From Hydrurus foetidus (Eukaryota), in NCBI GenBank assembly GCA_900617105.1, contig UYFQ01000001.1:1116001-1180000 (forward strand): DNA of 64,000 bases, read 5' to 3'. This document shows, piece by piece, positions 11,041 through 21,390 of this stretch. Both the position numbers and the translations under genes were made by a program. How positions within the stretch are numbered: the stretch's first letter is position 1; the number at the start of each line of letters is the position of its first letter. The notes beneath the pieces are model-generated. The model did no database searches. It was not told the DNA's origin and saw nothing but the letters and a program-made list of their open reading frames with translations.

Positions 11041-12490
11041 CACCCCACAACGCGCTCATCGCCTGGGTGTAATCCCGCGCCAAAGTCGCCCACAGCCCGG
11101 CATCATTGAAAACCGGCTTCCCCTGTGACACCACCTGCTGTCCAGCGACATACACGGCATCAAATGTGGCCCCCAGTCCGCCACCGTGGCTGGAGAACAC
11201 CAGCGCGTCCAGCAGGTAGTCGCTCGGTACGCCCAGCAGTGCGGATGATGCCTTGTCCAGGGTTACAAAATCGGCTCGGTTGCCAACAGTCAGCCCTCCC
11301 ATTGGCTGCCCCGTTGCTGTTGCGCCGCCCGCCAATGCCCCTTCAAACAAAGCTGCTGCGCTGCTGGGGTGTTCGCCCAAGCGGCCTGCGATGTTGCGTT
11401 GTTTCAGGGTCAGGCGCTGTGAATATTCCAGCAGCCGTAATTCTTCGGGCCAGCTGCGGGTGACGTGGCTGTCTGAGCCTATGGACCATTGGCCTTTGGC
11501 TTTGCCATAGGCTGGAAAATCGAACACGCCATCGCCTAAATTCGCTTCGGTGGCAGGGCAAATCACCACCGAGGCACCTGCAGTTTGCACGGCTTGCAAC
11601 TCTGCTGCCGTGGCTTGGGTGGCGTGAACCAAGTTCCAGCGGTTGTCCAGGGCGACGTGGCTTTGCAGCCAGTCCATCGGGCTTTGGCCGGTGTGGCCCA
11701 TGCAATCAGTGACTTCCATGACCTGCTCGGAGATATGGATGTGGGTGGGCAAGCGCAACACCTTAGACCATTCGGCCACGGTTTGCACGGCTTCGGGGGT
11801 GACAGCGCGCAGTGAATGCAGCGCAACACCCACATTCACGACGTTGCTGCACGGGTCGCCAGCCGTGTCATGTTGAATGCCGCTTTGCACGTCTTCCACC
11901 ATCCGCATGATGCTGTCAGGCGTGCTGGCAAAGCGTTGCTGGTCAGGGCGCAGACCTGTGGCGGTGAAGCCTGAGCGCATGTAGAGCGTGGGCAGCAGGG
12001 TCAGGCCGATGCCGACGCGCTTTGCGGCACGCACCAGTGCCAGTGACATTTCTGTGGGTGTGGCGCAGGGGTGACCGTCCAGCCCGTTGTGCAGGTAGTG
12101 GAATTCGCAGACTTGGGTATAGCCGCCAGCCAGCATTTCGGCGTAGAGCAGGCTGGCGATGGCCTCCAGTTGATCAGGGCTGATGCGGTTGGCGACGCTG
12201 TACATGCGGTCGCGCCATGTCCAAAAATCGTCGCGTGCTACAGCTGCACCCACGCTACGGCGCTCGGTCAGACCAACAATGGCGCGTTGAAAGGCGTGGC
12301 TGTGGGCATTGACGAGGCTGGGCAGCACCGGGGCGCTCAAGGGGATTGCACCAGCACGATCTGCCTCGCTGGCGTTGGGCTGGATGCGGCACCAGTGGCC
12401 GGTTGCGTCTGCCGTCAGCAGCACGTCTTGGGCCCAAGCACCGTTGACCCACGCTTGTTTGGCAAAGAAGGCAGTTGCTTTATTTTTCAT
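11024..12490 (-). CDS. hutF: Formimidoylglutamate deiminase
   Basis: NAHSHAFQR, EFHYLH, HSLRAV, HIHISEQ, EANLGDG, GSDSH. Confidence 0.95.
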   Translation of the reverse strand: MKNKATAFFAKQAWVNGAWAQDVLLTADATGHWCRIQPNASEADRAGAIPLSAPVLPSLVNAHSHAFQRAIVGLTERRSVGAAVARDDFWTWRDRMYSVANRISPDQLEAIASLLYAEMLAGGYTQVCEFHYLHNGLDGHPCATPTEMSLALVRAAKRVGIGLTLLPTLYMRSGFTATGLRPDQQRFASTPDSIMRMVEDVQSGIQHDTAGDPCSNVVNVGVALHSLRAVTPEAVQTVAEWSKVLRLPTHIHISEQVMEVTDCMGHTGQSPMDWLQSHVALDNRWNLVHATQATAAELQAVQTAGASVVICPATEANLGDGVFDFPAYGKAKGQWSIGSDSHVTRSWPEELRLLEYSQRLTLKQRNIAGRLGEHPSSAAALFEGALAGGATATGQPMGGLTVGNRADFVTLDKASSALLGVPSDYLLDALVFSSHGGGLGATFDAVYVAGQQVVSQGKPVFNDAGLWATLARDYTQAMSALWGEVKAS

Positions 12491-13358
12491 AGCAAACTTT
12501 GATTGTTTTTACAGCGGCTAACACCATTTTCTTCAATAAGGGCTGTACCTGCGCCGCCAGCATTGCGCTGTAGCCGTAGGGTAGGGTCTCAGCCATGTAG
12601 GTGCTCTGGCACATCTCCAGCTGGATGGCATGGACGTGGTGGGCGGGCTGGCCGTAGTTGCGGGTGATGTAGCCGCCTTTGAAGCGGCCATTCAGCGCGG
12701 TGGTGTAGGCGTTTGTGTGGGCGCTGGCATCAACGTTTTGCACCAGATTTTGATCTGCGCAAGCATCAAGCACAGCAGCGGCGATGCGTGCGTCTGCCGC
12801 TTCACCGCTGGCGGTGCCCAGGTTCAAATCGGGTAGTTTGCCTTCAAACAACCAAGGAATATGCGAGCGGATGCTGTGTGCGTCCCACAGAAGAGCGTAG
12901 CCGTGGATGGCCTTGATGCGTGCCAGTTCTGCCGCCAGCGCCGCATGGTAGGGCTGCCAGTAGGTGGTACGCCGCCGGGCAATCTCCGCCTCAGAGGGCT
13001 CGCAGCCTGTGCGGTAGAGCGACTCACCCGTGAAAAAGCGTGTCGGGCACAGCTCGGTGTTCGCGGCACCGGGGTACATGGGCGTGTTGTCCGGCGGGCG
13101 GTTCAGGTCGATCACGTAGCGCGAACAGACGGGTTGCAGCACGCTGGCCCCCAGCTCACCCAAGAAGTTGTACAGCTCGCTCAGGTGCCAATCGGTGTCT
13201 TCCACGTCCAGGGCGCGGGGCACGTAGGCGCTACGAAGCTCGGTAGGGATGTGTGTGCCGATGTGCGGCATGCTGACCAGGAGCGGGATGCTGCCTGTTT
13301 GCAGGGTGTGAACCACGGGGGTGTTTGCAGGGGGTTGCATGGGCAGGGGTTGGTTCAT
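12480..13358 (-). CDS. hutG: N-formylglutamate deformylase (amidohydrolase-type HutG)
   Basis: SMPHIGT, DTDW, SRYVIDLNR, WDAHSIRS, NGRFKGGYITR. Confidence 0.93.
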   Translation of the reverse strand: MNQPLPMQPPANTPVVHTLQTGSIPLLVSMPHIGTHIPTELRSAYVPRALDVEDTDWHLSELYNFLGELGASVLQPVCSRYVIDLNRPPDNTPMYPGAANTELCPTRFFTGESLYRTGCEPSEAEIARRRTTYWQPYHAALAAELARIKAIHGYALLWDAHSIRSHIPWLFEGKLPDLNLGTASGEAADARIAAAVLDACADQNLVQNVDASAHTNAYTTALNGRFKGGYITRNYGQPAHHVHAIQLEMCQSTYMAETLPYGYSAMLAAQVQPLLKKMVLAAVKTIKVCYEK

Positions 13359-13378
13359 GGGGTTTTGACGGTGTTCAT
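13355..13378 (-). pseudogene. 7-aa micro-ORF MNTVKTP, probable deletion scar
   Basis: Its ATG overlaps the permease TGA, and its TGA overlaps the hutG ATG (ATGA overlaps at both ends). Confidence 0.5.
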
Positions 13379-14043
13379 TGCAAAAATCCACCGGCGCTCA
13401 GGCGCTTTTCGATGCGCCGCAGGGCCAGCGCGGTCAAGCCGGTCAGCACGAAATACACCACGGCAATCACCAAATACACCTCCAGCGAGCGGTAACTGAC
13501 GCTGATGATTTTTTGACCCTCGTGCATCAGGTCATGGATGGTCAGCAGCGATACCAGTGCTGAGTTTTTGATGAGTGCGATAAATTCATTGCCCAGTGGC
13601 GGGATCATGCGCACCAGCGCTTGCGGCACGATGATGGTGCGCATGGCGGTGCCGTAGCTCATCCCCAAGGATTGGGCTGCAGCCATTTGCCCCCGGTCAA
13701 TCGACTGGATGGCACCGCGCACAATTTCCGAGACATAAGCCCCCGCGTAAATGCCCAGCCCCAGCACACCGCACACCATAGCGGGCAGCAAAATATCAAA
13801 CTGCGGCAAGCCAAAAAACAGCAAAAACAACTGCACCAACAACGGCGTACCACGGATCACGGCCACATAGCCGGTACACAGGGCGTAAACCACGCGGTTG
13901 GCCGGGTGGAGCCGCCCAATGCCCACCAACAGGCCCAGAACGCAGCCCAAAACCAGCGCCAGCGATGTGATTTGCACTGTCACCAGCGCACCACTCAGCA
14001 AGGCTGGCCAACCCGCCAGGGCGGGGGAGAAGTCGAGTCCCAT
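13375..14043 (-). CDS. Polar amino-acid ABC transporter permease
   Basis: RGTPLLVQL, AYVSEIVRGAIQSID.GQ..AA.SLG. Confidence 0.93.
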   Translation of the reverse strand: MGLDFSPALAGWPALLSGALVTVQITSLALVLGCVLGLLVGIGRLHPANRVVYALCTGYVAVIRGTPLLVQLFLLFFGLPQFDILLPAMVCGVLGLGIYAGAYVSEIVRGAIQSIDRGQMAAAQSLGMSYGTAMRTIIVPQALVRMIPPLGNEFIALIKNSALVSLLTIHDLMHEGQKIISVSYRSLEVYLVIAVVYFVLTGLTALALRRIEKRLSAGGFLQ

Positions 14044-14055
14044 GAGGCTGCTGTC

Positions 14056-14796
14056 TTATTTGCTTGCCGTATTGCTGAACCATTTCTTCACGATCTGCGC
14101 ATAGGTGCCATCGGCCTTGAGTTTGGCCAACGCCGCGTTGACGGCGCGGGTCAGCTCTGGCGTGTCCTTGCGCAGCGCCATGCCGTACTCTTCAGTGGTG
14201 AGTTGCTGCTCCAGCACATGCATGCCACCTTTGGTGCGCACGTATTGAAAGGCGGCGGGCTTGCCGGTGACGGCGGCATCCGCACGGGCGATCTCCACCA
14301 AATTGAACATCTCTTGGTTTTTCTCGACTTCCACCAGCTGCACTTGGGGGTGGTTGGTGCCCAGGTAGCTGACGGATTTGGTGCCCACTTGCACGGCCAC
14401 TTTCTTGCCATTCAGATCGGCCAGGGTTTTGATGGCGGTGTTGCCATCTTTCACCATCGCCACCAAGCCTCCGGCGTAGTAGGAATCGGTGAAATCAACC
14501 ACCTTTTTGCGCTCGTCGGTGATGTAAATGGCGGACACGGACATGTCAAACCGTTTGGAAATCAGGCCCGGAATCAGCCCTTTGAAGTCGATGTCCACCC
14601 ATTCGATGCGCTTGTTCATGGCCTTGCCCAGAGCCTCTACCAGCTCAATGTCAAAACCGGTGCGCTTGCCGTTGTCTACATACTCCATAGGCGGGAAGGT
14701 GGCATCGGTGCCCACCTTCAGCGTCTCTTGGGCTTGGGCGCTGGCGGCAAGCCAGCTCATGGCGGCGAAGCAGATCAAAGTACGGCGAAGGGTCAT
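14056..14796 (-). CDS. Polar amino-acid ABC transporter substrate-binding protein (family 3)
   Basis: Signal peptide, VGTDATFPPME, GFDIEL, ITDERKKVVDFT. Confidence 0.93.
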   Translation of the reverse strand: MTLRRTLICFAAMSWLAASAQAQETLKVGTDATFPPMEYVDNGKRTGFDIELVEALGKAMNKRIEWVDIDFKGLIPGLISKRFDMSVSAIYITDERKKVVDFTDSYYAGGLVAMVKDGNTAIKTLADLNGKKVAVQVGTKSVSYLGTNHPQVQLVEVEKNQEMFNLVEIARADAAVTGKPAAFQYVRTKGGMHVLEQQLTTEEYGMALRKDTPELTRAVNAALAKLKADGTYAQIVKKWFSNTASK

Positions 14797-14864
14797 GGGG
14801 AAATCTCCAGAGGGTTAAAACGACGGGAACGAGGGAAACGAGGGTAGGGGTGAGAAAAAAGGAA

Positions 14865-15650
14865 CTAATGCGTACACAAGCTGCGCGAAATCCGAGCCGC
14901 TGCGACCACCGTCATCTGTATCAGCGGGGATTGCTGGCTCGGCACGCGCACGCTGGGGGCCATCAGCGTCAGTGCGCCTACCGCCCGTTTGTCGGCACCA
15001 AACAGAGGGGCACTGATGCCCCAGACGCCAGCGTCTACCTCGCCCGTGCTGACCGCATACCCGCACTTGCGGATGGCGGCCAACTCGGCCAGATCAGCGA
15101 TGGAGGGTAGGGTGGAGGGCGGGGTGGTGGCTGATGTAGCTGCCGATGTAGCGCCCAGTGTGGCGTTCAAGGCGCTGGGGGAGAGGTGGGCCAGCAGGCA
15201 CTTGGCGGACGCGCCTTTTTGCAGGGGCACGCTGCGGCCTTTTTCAAACGAGCAGCGCAGGGCTTGGCGGCTTTCCACCATGTCGATGCACACGGCTTGG
15301 CCGTTCACCGCGACGATCAGGCCCACGCTTTCTTGGGATTGTTGGGCCAGCGCCAGCATGTCGGGGCGGGCCTGTTGTGCCAAGTGAGAGGCCAGATCGA
15401 ACCCCAGCGCGAGTTGCAGGCTCAGCGGGCCGGGGGCGTAGCGGCCTTCGGCCTCCAGCACAAAGCCCCAGCGCTTGAGGGTGGCCAGTTGGCGGTAGAG
15501 CGTGCTTTGGCTCAATCCAGTTTTGGCCATCAGCTCGATGGCCGTCAACGCCCCGCCATGCTTGGCCAGCGTCGCCAAAACGACCAGGGCGCGGTCAACA
15601 GCGGAGACCGTGTGAGGAGGGTGGACACCAGTTTGCATGGGCAAGTTCAT
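14865..15650 (-). CDS. IclR family transcriptional regulator
   Basis: AVDRAL, STLYRQLATL HTH, GASAKCLLA, ISAPLF. Confidence 0.92.
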   Translation of the reverse strand: MNLPMQTGVHPPHTVSAVDRALVVLATLAKHGGALTAIELMAKTGLSQSTLYRQLATLKRWGFVLEAEGRYAPGPLSLQLALGFDLASHLAQQARPDMLALAQQSQESVGLIVAVNGQAVCIDMVESRQALRCSFEKGRSVPLQKGASAKCLLAHLSPSALNATLGATSAATSATTPPSTLPSIADLAELAAIRKCGYAVSTGEVDAGVWGISAPLFGADKRAVGALTLMAPSVRVPSQQSPLIQMTVVAAARISRSLCTH

Positions 15651-15819
15651 GGTCAAAGTATCAGGGGCGTGCAGAACGGTATCAATGCAAAATTATCAGC
15701 CTGTGGGAATGCACTGCTATTTTGTGGTCATCCTAGGGGATGCCTCTATGCTGGGCGCTAATCTTGCGTGCTTTACTGCGTAGATTCATTGTTCACCCCA
15801 CCCTTGAAAGCGTACCGCC

Positions 15820-16812
15820 ATGAAGACAAGCTTGTTCACCCTCTCGAAGACCGTCGTCACTTCTGCGATGGCCTCTGCTGTTACTGCCGTTGTATTGGCA
15901 GGCACCGCCAGCCTCAGTTTTGCCCAAGAAACCAAGGTGGTGATCGCCATCTCCGGCTGGACGGGCTTTGCCCCGCTCACGCTGGCCAAAGAGGCTGGCA
16001 TATACAAGAAATTGGGGCTGGACGTGACGATCAAAAAAGTGCCGCAAAAAGACCGCCATCTGGTGCTGGCCTCGGGTGATGCCCAGTGCGCGGCCACCAC
16101 GGTAGAAACCTGGATTGGCTGGAACGCCGCCGGTGTAGCCACCACCCAAATATTCCAACTCGACAAGAGCTATGGCGCTGACGGCTTGGTCGTCAAACCC
16201 AACATCACCAAAATCAGCGACCTCAAAGGCAAAACCATCGCCGCTGATGCCCCTGGCACTGCACCGTTCTTCGGTCTGGCCTGGATGCTGAAGAAAAATG
16301 GCCTGTCGATCAAAGACGTGAAGGTGGTCAACCTCTCGCCTCAGGCCGCAGCGAACGCGATGATCGCGGGCACCGACGGTGTGGACGCAGGCATGACGTA
16401 CGAGCCTTATTTGTCCGCCGTGCGGGCCAAGCCCGAAGCCGGAAAAATCATTGCCACCACCTTGGACTACCCGATGGTGATGGACACCTTCGGCTGCACG
16501 CCCAAATTCCTGAGCGAACACCCTCAGGCCGCCAAAGCGCTGGCCGATGGTTACTTTGATGCACTCGACATGATCAAAGCTGAGCCGACCAAAAGCTACG
16601 AGATCATGGGCGCAGACGTGAAGCAGCCCGGTGAAGCTTTTGCTAAGAGTGCTTCCTACCTGCGCTGGCAAGACCGCGCCGCGAACCAGAAATTCTTTGC
16701 CGGTGAACACGCGCAGTTCAGCAAAGAAGCGGGTGATTTGCTGCTGGAGATGGGCATCGTCAAGCAGTTGCCTGACATGAGCAAACTGGCTGATACCCGG
16801 TTTTTGAAGTAA
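15820..16812 (+). CDS. NitT/TauT-type ABC transporter substrate-binding protein
   Basis: Signal peptide, SGWTGFAPL, DKSYGADG, TYEPYLS. Confidence 0.88.
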   Translation: MKTSLFTLSKTVVTSAMASAVTAVVLAGTASLSFAQETKVVIAISGWTGFAPLTLAKEAGIYKKLGLDVTIKKVPQKDRHLVLASGDAQCAATTVETWIGWNAAGVATTQIFQLDKSYGADGLVVKPNITKISDLKGKTIAADAPGTAPFFGLAWMLKKNGLSIKDVKVVNLSPQAAANAMIAGTDGVDAGMTYEPYLSAVRAKPEAGKIIATTLDYPMVMDTFGCTPKFLSEHPQAAKALADGYFDALDMIKAEPTKSYEIMGADVKQPGEAFAKSASYLRWQDRAANQKFFAGEHAQFSKEAGDLLLEMGIVKQLPDMSKLADTRFLK

Positions 16813-16846
16813 TTAACGTCATTACCGCTTCCACCGAGTCCGCACC

Positions 16847-17626
16847 ATGACCCCTCTCAAACCCGTTGACCGCCCCACCCGCATCGCCTTGGGCGTCATG
16901 TTCTTCATGCTCTTCACCGCCGTTTGGGCGGCGGTCACGCTGGGGGGGCTCGTGCCCAAGAACTTCCTGGCTGACCCGTTCACGATGGCCCGCTCGGGTG
17001 TCACGCTGCTGACCGAGATGGGTTTCGGCTGGGACATTGGCTGGACGGTGTGGCGCGTGCTGGGCGGCTTTGCGATCGCCACCGTGTTCGCGCTGCCGCT
17101 GGGCGTGATGATGGGCGCTTACAAACCCGTGGAGGCGTTTTTTGCGCCGTTCATCTCCTTTGCCCGCTACTTGCCCGCCAGCGCTTTCATCCCGCTGCTG
17201 ATTCTGTGGGCCGGTATTGGCGAAGCACAAAAGCTGTCCGTTATCTTCATTGGCAGCTTTTTTCAGCTGGTGCTGATGATTGCGGTGGCCGTGGGCAACA
17301 CCCGGCGCGATTTGGTGGAGGCCGCCTACACGCTGGGCTGCACCGATGCGGGCATCGTCAAACGGGTGCTGATCCGCAGCGCGGCCCCCGAGATTTGCGA
17401 GATTTTGCGCATGGTGCTGGGCTGGGCCTGGACGTATGTGATCGTGGCCGAATTGATTGGTGCCTCTACCGGTATCGGCCACATGATTACCGACAGCCAG
17501 GCGCTGCTGGCCACCGACCAAATCATCTTTGGGATCATCGTGATTGGCCTCATCGGGCTGGTCAGTGACTTAGGGTTCATGGCGCTGAACCGCAAGCTGT
17601 TCCCTTGGGCGCAGTTAGGCCGCTGA
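16847..17626 (+). CDS. NitT/TauT-type ABC transporter permease
   Basis: RYLPASAFIPL, EAAYTLG, VIVAELIGA. Confidence 0.92.
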   Translation: MTPLKPVDRPTRIALGVMFFMLFTAVWAAVTLGGLVPKNFLADPFTMARSGVTLLTEMGFGWDIGWTVWRVLGGFAIATVFALPLGVMMGAYKPVEAFFAPFISFARYLPASAFIPLLILWAGIGEAQKLSVIFIGSFFQLVLMIAVAVGNTRRDLVEAAYTLGCTDAGIVKRVLIRSAAPEICEILRMVLGWAWTYVIVAELIGASTGIGHMITDSQALLATDQIIFGIIVIGLIGLVSDLGFMALNRKLFPWAQLGR

Positions 17627-17650
17627 TCAAAGCCATCAAGGAAATTGAAC

Positions 17651-18445
17651 ATGACCCCCCCCTTTTTAGCCATCAACGGCGTATCCCGCAGCTTTGAGTC
17701 CACCACCGGCGGTGCACCCACCTTGGCGCTGCAAGCCACCAGCCTGAACGTCGCCGAGAACGATTTCATCACCATTCTTGGCCCTTCGGGTTGCGGCAAA
17801 AGCTCGCTGCTGCGCATCGTGGCCGGCCTTGACCAGCAAACCTCCGGCGAGGTGCTGCTGGAAGGTAAGCGTATCACCGGCCCCGGCGCAGACCGTGGCA
17901 TGGTGTTCCAAAGCTACACGCTCTTCCCCTGGTTGACCGTGCGCGACAACGTGTGCTTTGGCCTGAACGAACGCGGCATGGCACGGGATGAGCAGCTGGA
18001 AATCGCCCAAAGCTTCATCCATAAAGTGGGCTTGAAAGGCTTTGAGAATCACTACCCCAAGCAACTCTCAGGCGGCATGCAGCAACGTACCGCCATCGCC
18101 AGGGCGCTCGCCAACGGCCCACGCATGCTGTTGATGGACGAGCCCTTTGGCGCGCTCGACCATCAAACTCGCGAGCTGATGCAAGAGCTGCTGCTGGGGA
18201 TTTGGGAAGCCGAGCGCAAAACCGTGCTGTTCGTCACCCACGACATCGACGAAGCCGTCTTCATGGGCAGCCGCGTGGTGGTGATGAGCGCCCGCCCTGG
18301 ACGCATCAAGCTTGACCGGGCTGTGCCGATGGCACACCCCCGCAGCTACGCCATCAAAACCACGCCAGAGTTCATGGAACTGAAGGCAGAGCTGACCGAA
18401 CAGGTGCGGGCAGAGGTGTTGGCGGCGCAGGCTGCGATGGCTTGA
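17651..18445 (+). CDS. NitT/TauT-type ABC transporter ATP-binding protein
   Basis: GPSGCGKS, LSGGMQQR, LLMDEPFGALD, VTHD. Confidence 0.95.
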   Translation: MTPPFLAINGVSRSFESTTGGAPTLALQATSLNVAENDFITILGPSGCGKSSLLRIVAGLDQQTSGEVLLEGKRITGPGADRGMVFQSYTLFPWLTVRDNVCFGLNERGMARDEQLEIAQSFIHKVGLKGFENHYPKQLSGGMQQRTAIARALANGPRMLLMDEPFGALDHQTRELMQELLLGIWEAERKTVLFVTHDIDEAVFMGSRVVVMSARPGRIKLDRAVPMAHPRSYAIKTTPEFMELKAELTEQVRAEVLAAQAAMA

Positions 18446-19445
18446 GTTTTTGTACCCCTCTGGCGATCCGCCCAACCAGCCGCGCGGCCACCCGTGCGGT
18501 GAGTCCATCGCGGTCCATGGTGGGGTTCATCTCGGCGATGTCTGCGGCGACCAAGCGCCCGGATGCGGTAATCTGGTCCACAACCCTTTCCACGAAACCC
18601 AGCGGCACACCCAGCAAAGCGGGGGCTGAGACACCGGGGGCCACGGCTGCGGGCAGCACGTCCAGGCAGACGGTCAGGTACACCGCATCGCAACCGTGCA
18701 AATCGCCAGACAGCACCGCCATCGCCGCTTGGCAACCGGCTTCGGTTTGCAAATCTTCGTCCAGCCAGTAGTACACGCCAAAGGCCTTGGCCCGGTCAAA
18801 CAAGGCTTGTGTATTGGCAAACGCACTGATGCCCAGCACCCGGTAATTGAACGGCAAGCCGTTGGCCACGCACCATTCCTGCATTTGGCGAAACGGCGTG
18901 CCCGAGTTGCAGCGCGCGGCCACACGCAAGTCAAAGTGAGCATCCAAGTTGACGATGAGCAGCTTGAACCCTGGCGTTAACAAGCCGGACTGCACCAAGC
19001 CCTGGAACGTGCCCCATGCCACTTCATGCCCGCCCCCCAGCACGACAGGGAAAGCCTTTTGCGCCCTGACTTGCGCCACGCGCTGCGCCAGCCGGGTTTG
19101 TGCCGCCTCCAGCGCATCATCCGTTTCAGCCTCAACTTCAGCCCTAACTTCAGCTTTATCGCAGACCACATCGCCCGCATCGGTGATGGCCGGCTCGCTT
19201 AACACCGGCAAATTCGCCAATGCACCGCGAATGGCTTTGGGCCCCAGCGCAGCACCGGGCCGCCCACCGTTGCGCTGCACGCCTTCGTCCACCGCAAAAC
19301 CGATCAGCGCGATACCGCCTTGGGTGGTGGCATCAAACGGTGTGACACGCTGATGCCAGCGCGTTGAGGGGCCGGTTTCTTCGGTGTCGATACGGCCTTG
19401 CCATGGGGGCGGCGGGGTCGTTTTGTCGGTGGTGGGGGTGGTCAT
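18372..19445 (-). CDS. hutG: Formimidoylglutamase (arginase-family HutG)
   Basis: [39 protein letters not shown]. Confidence 0.93.
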   Translation of the reverse strand: MTTPTTDKTTPPPPWQGRIDTEETGPSTRWHQRVTPFDATTQGGIALIGFAVDEGVQRNGGRPGAALGPKAIRGALANLPVLSEPAITDAGDVVCDKAEVRAEVEAETDDALEAAQTRLAQRVAQVRAQKAFPVVLGGGHEVAWGTFQGLVQSGLLTPGFKLLIVNLDAHFDLRVAARCNSGTPFRQMQEWCVANGLPFNYRVLGISAFANTQALFDRAKAFGVYYWLDEDLQTEAGCQAAMAVLSGDLHGCDAVYLTVCLDVLPAAVAPGVSAPALLGVPLGFVERVVDQITASGRLVAADIAEMNPTMDRDGLTARVAARLVGRIARGVQKLKPSQPAPPTPLPAPVRSALPSVP

Positions 19446-20722
19446 GGTGTGTATTTGATAAGGTCATTGCACGCGATACGCCCTTGCCGCACGATGGTGC
19501 GCTTAGGGCTTTGGCCCAGCCAGTACACCAACTCGGCGCTGTCTTGCAAATCCCACAGCACGAAGTTGGCGGGCTGACCCACGGCCAAGGTGCCGTGGGT
19601 GGCTTGCAGGCCCAGGGCGCGGGCGGCGTGGCGGGTGATGCCTGCAAGGGCTTCGGGGACGGTCAGGTGGAACAGGTTGCAGGCCATGTTGGCCATCAGC
19701 AGCAGGCTCAACGCGGGCGAGGTGCCTGGGTTGTGGTCGCTCGATACCGCCATTGGCACACCCGCAGCACGCAGGGCGGCGATGGGCGGGGCGTGGGTGT
19801 CGCGCAGCGAGTAGTAGGCACCGGGCAGCAGCACGGCGACGGTGCCGGATTGCTTCATTGCGGCAATGCCCTCGTCGCTCAGGTGCTCGATGTGGTCGTT
19901 GGAGAGCGCACCATAGCGCGCGGCCAAGGCACTGCCGCCCATGTCGCTGAGCTGCTCGGCGTGGAGCTTGACGGGCAGACCCAAGGCCTGCGCTGCTTTG
20001 AACACCTGCTCAGTTTCGGCCAACGAGAAGGCGATGCGTTCGCAAAATACGTCCACCGCGTCGATCAAGCCCTCGGCGGCGAGCACGGGCATCATGGTGT
20101 TGCAGACCAGATCAACGTAATCGCTGCTGCGCCCCGCGTATTCGGGGGGCAGGGCGTGGGCACCGAGGAAGGTGGTGCGTACCGTCACACCGTAGTCCGC
20201 ACCCAGGCGGCGGGCGACGCGCAGCATGCGGCGTTCCGGCTCCAGCGCCAAACCGTAGCCAGATTTGATCTCGATGGCACAGACACCATCGGCCAGCAGC
20301 TGCTCCAAACGGGGTGCGGCCAAGGCGTAGAGCTGGTCTTCAGAGGCTTCGCGAGTGGCTTTGACGGTGGAGACGATGCCGCCACCGGCGCGGGCGATGG
20401 CCTCGTAGTCGGCACCGGCCAGACGCATGGCGTATTCGTTGGCCCGTGTGCCGCCGTAGACGAGGTGGGTGTGGCAATCGACCAAGCCGGGCGTGACCAG
20501 TGCTCCTTGACCGTCAAAACGTGGGAGAGATTGAAGAGGGGGCAGGGCGGTGAAGGCGGCTGGAAGTTGCGCGTCCAGGCCGATCCAGGTGATGCGGCGA
20601 TCAACCACGACGATGCTGCTCAAGCCCGCAGGCGAGGCCGCATCGTCCGCCAGCGCACCGGGCATCAGATTCAGGCCGTGCCAAACGCCATCGGCACTGC
20701 TGGAGGAGAAAGTGGTACTCAT
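19442..20722 (-). CDS. hutI: Imidazolonepropionase
   Basis: [37 protein letters not shown]. Confidence 0.97.
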   Translation of the reverse strand: MSTTFSSSSADGVWHGLNLMPGALADDAASPAGLSSIVVVDRRITWIGLDAQLPAAFTALPPLQSLPRFDGQGALVTPGLVDCHTHLVYGGTRANEYAMRLAGADYEAIARAGGGIVSTVKATREASEDQLYALAAPRLEQLLADGVCAIEIKSGYGLALEPERRMLRVARRLGADYGVTVRTTFLGAHALPPEYAGRSSDYVDLVCNTMMPVLAAEGLIDAVDVFCERIAFSLAETEQVFKAAQALGLPVKLHAEQLSDMGGSALAARYGALSNDHIEHLSDEGIAAMKQSGTVAVLLPGAYYSLRDTHAPPIAALRAAGVPMAVSSDHNPGTSPALSLLLMANMACNLFHLTVPEALAGITRHAARALGLQATHGTLAVGQPANFVLWDLQDSAELVYWLGQSPKRTIVRQGRIACNDLIKYTP

Positions 20723-20786
20723 ATATTTATAGCTGCTCTCGCATATATACCGTGCTTTAGAAGGCTATTTGATGCTTAAAACCAGC

Positions 20787-21380
20787 CTAATTTGGCCTGA
20801 TTTGAACCAAAACCAGTTTGGAAAGGGCCGATTGGGGGATCAGCTGACAGGCGTTGGCTTGCGTGGCGTCCCACTGCAAGCCTGTGCCTGCGGGGCAAAT
20901 CCAGCGGTTGCCGCCCTGGGTCAGCGTCCAAAGCCCTGTCACTGCGAGCAGCAACCCCTGGGGGGCGGCGGTGAAAGCATGGTCATGTTCCACCAGCTGC
21001 ACCTGCGCGGTGACTTTGCCGCGCCGGGTCATCACGTTGAAATCGGTGCTGGGGCCGTCCAGCATGGTGCAGTGCAGCGGGGTTTCGCCCGCAAAACTGT
21101 AGGGCGGGCTGCTGGCGGTGATGCGCTCGTCCACGGTGTCTGGTGATCCTGGCACGCTGCGCAGGTGCAGCCCGGTGCCGCTGAGCAGCGTCAGCACGCG
21201 GTCAATGCCAGGGAAGACCGAGAACGGCCCGTCGCTGGCGACAGTAGCGATGCTGACGCGCCAGTCGAAATCATCCAGGCTGCTGCGGGCAGGAACGCAG
21301 GTGATTTCACGGGTGCTGCCACCGCCGTTTTTCCAAGGGGTAGGTGGGATGGCTGAGGTGTCGAAGCGGTGGATGTTCAT
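20787..21380 (-). CDS. hutD: HutD/Ves family protein
   Basis: PWKNGGGSTREI, FDWRVSIA, GPFSVFPGIDR, DFNVM. Confidence 0.93.
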   Translation of the reverse strand: MNIHRFDTSAIPPTPWKNGGGSTREITCVPARSSLDDFDWRVSIATVASDGPFSVFPGIDRVLTLLSGTGLHLRSVPGSPDTVDERITASSPPYSFAGETPLHCTMLDGPSTDFNVMTRRGKVTAQVQLVEHDHAFTAAPQGLLLAVTGLWTLTQGGNRWICPAGTGLQWDATQANACQLIPQSALSKLVLVQIRPN

Positions 21381-21390
21381 AAGCCAAAAT

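Noticed and set aside
14825..14850. G-quadruplex-like motif GGG-N5-GGG-N6-GGG-N2-GGGG (similar run at 23129-23155)
   Set aside because: On the mRNA strand these are pyrimidine-rich tracts upstream of an RBS, a simpler explanation; nothing supports G4 function.
15657..15819. Guanidine or other riboswitch upstream of the NitT/TauT ABC operon
   Set aside because: No recognisable ykkC or mini-ykkC (ACGR hairpin) consensus; the short region looks like a divergent promoter.
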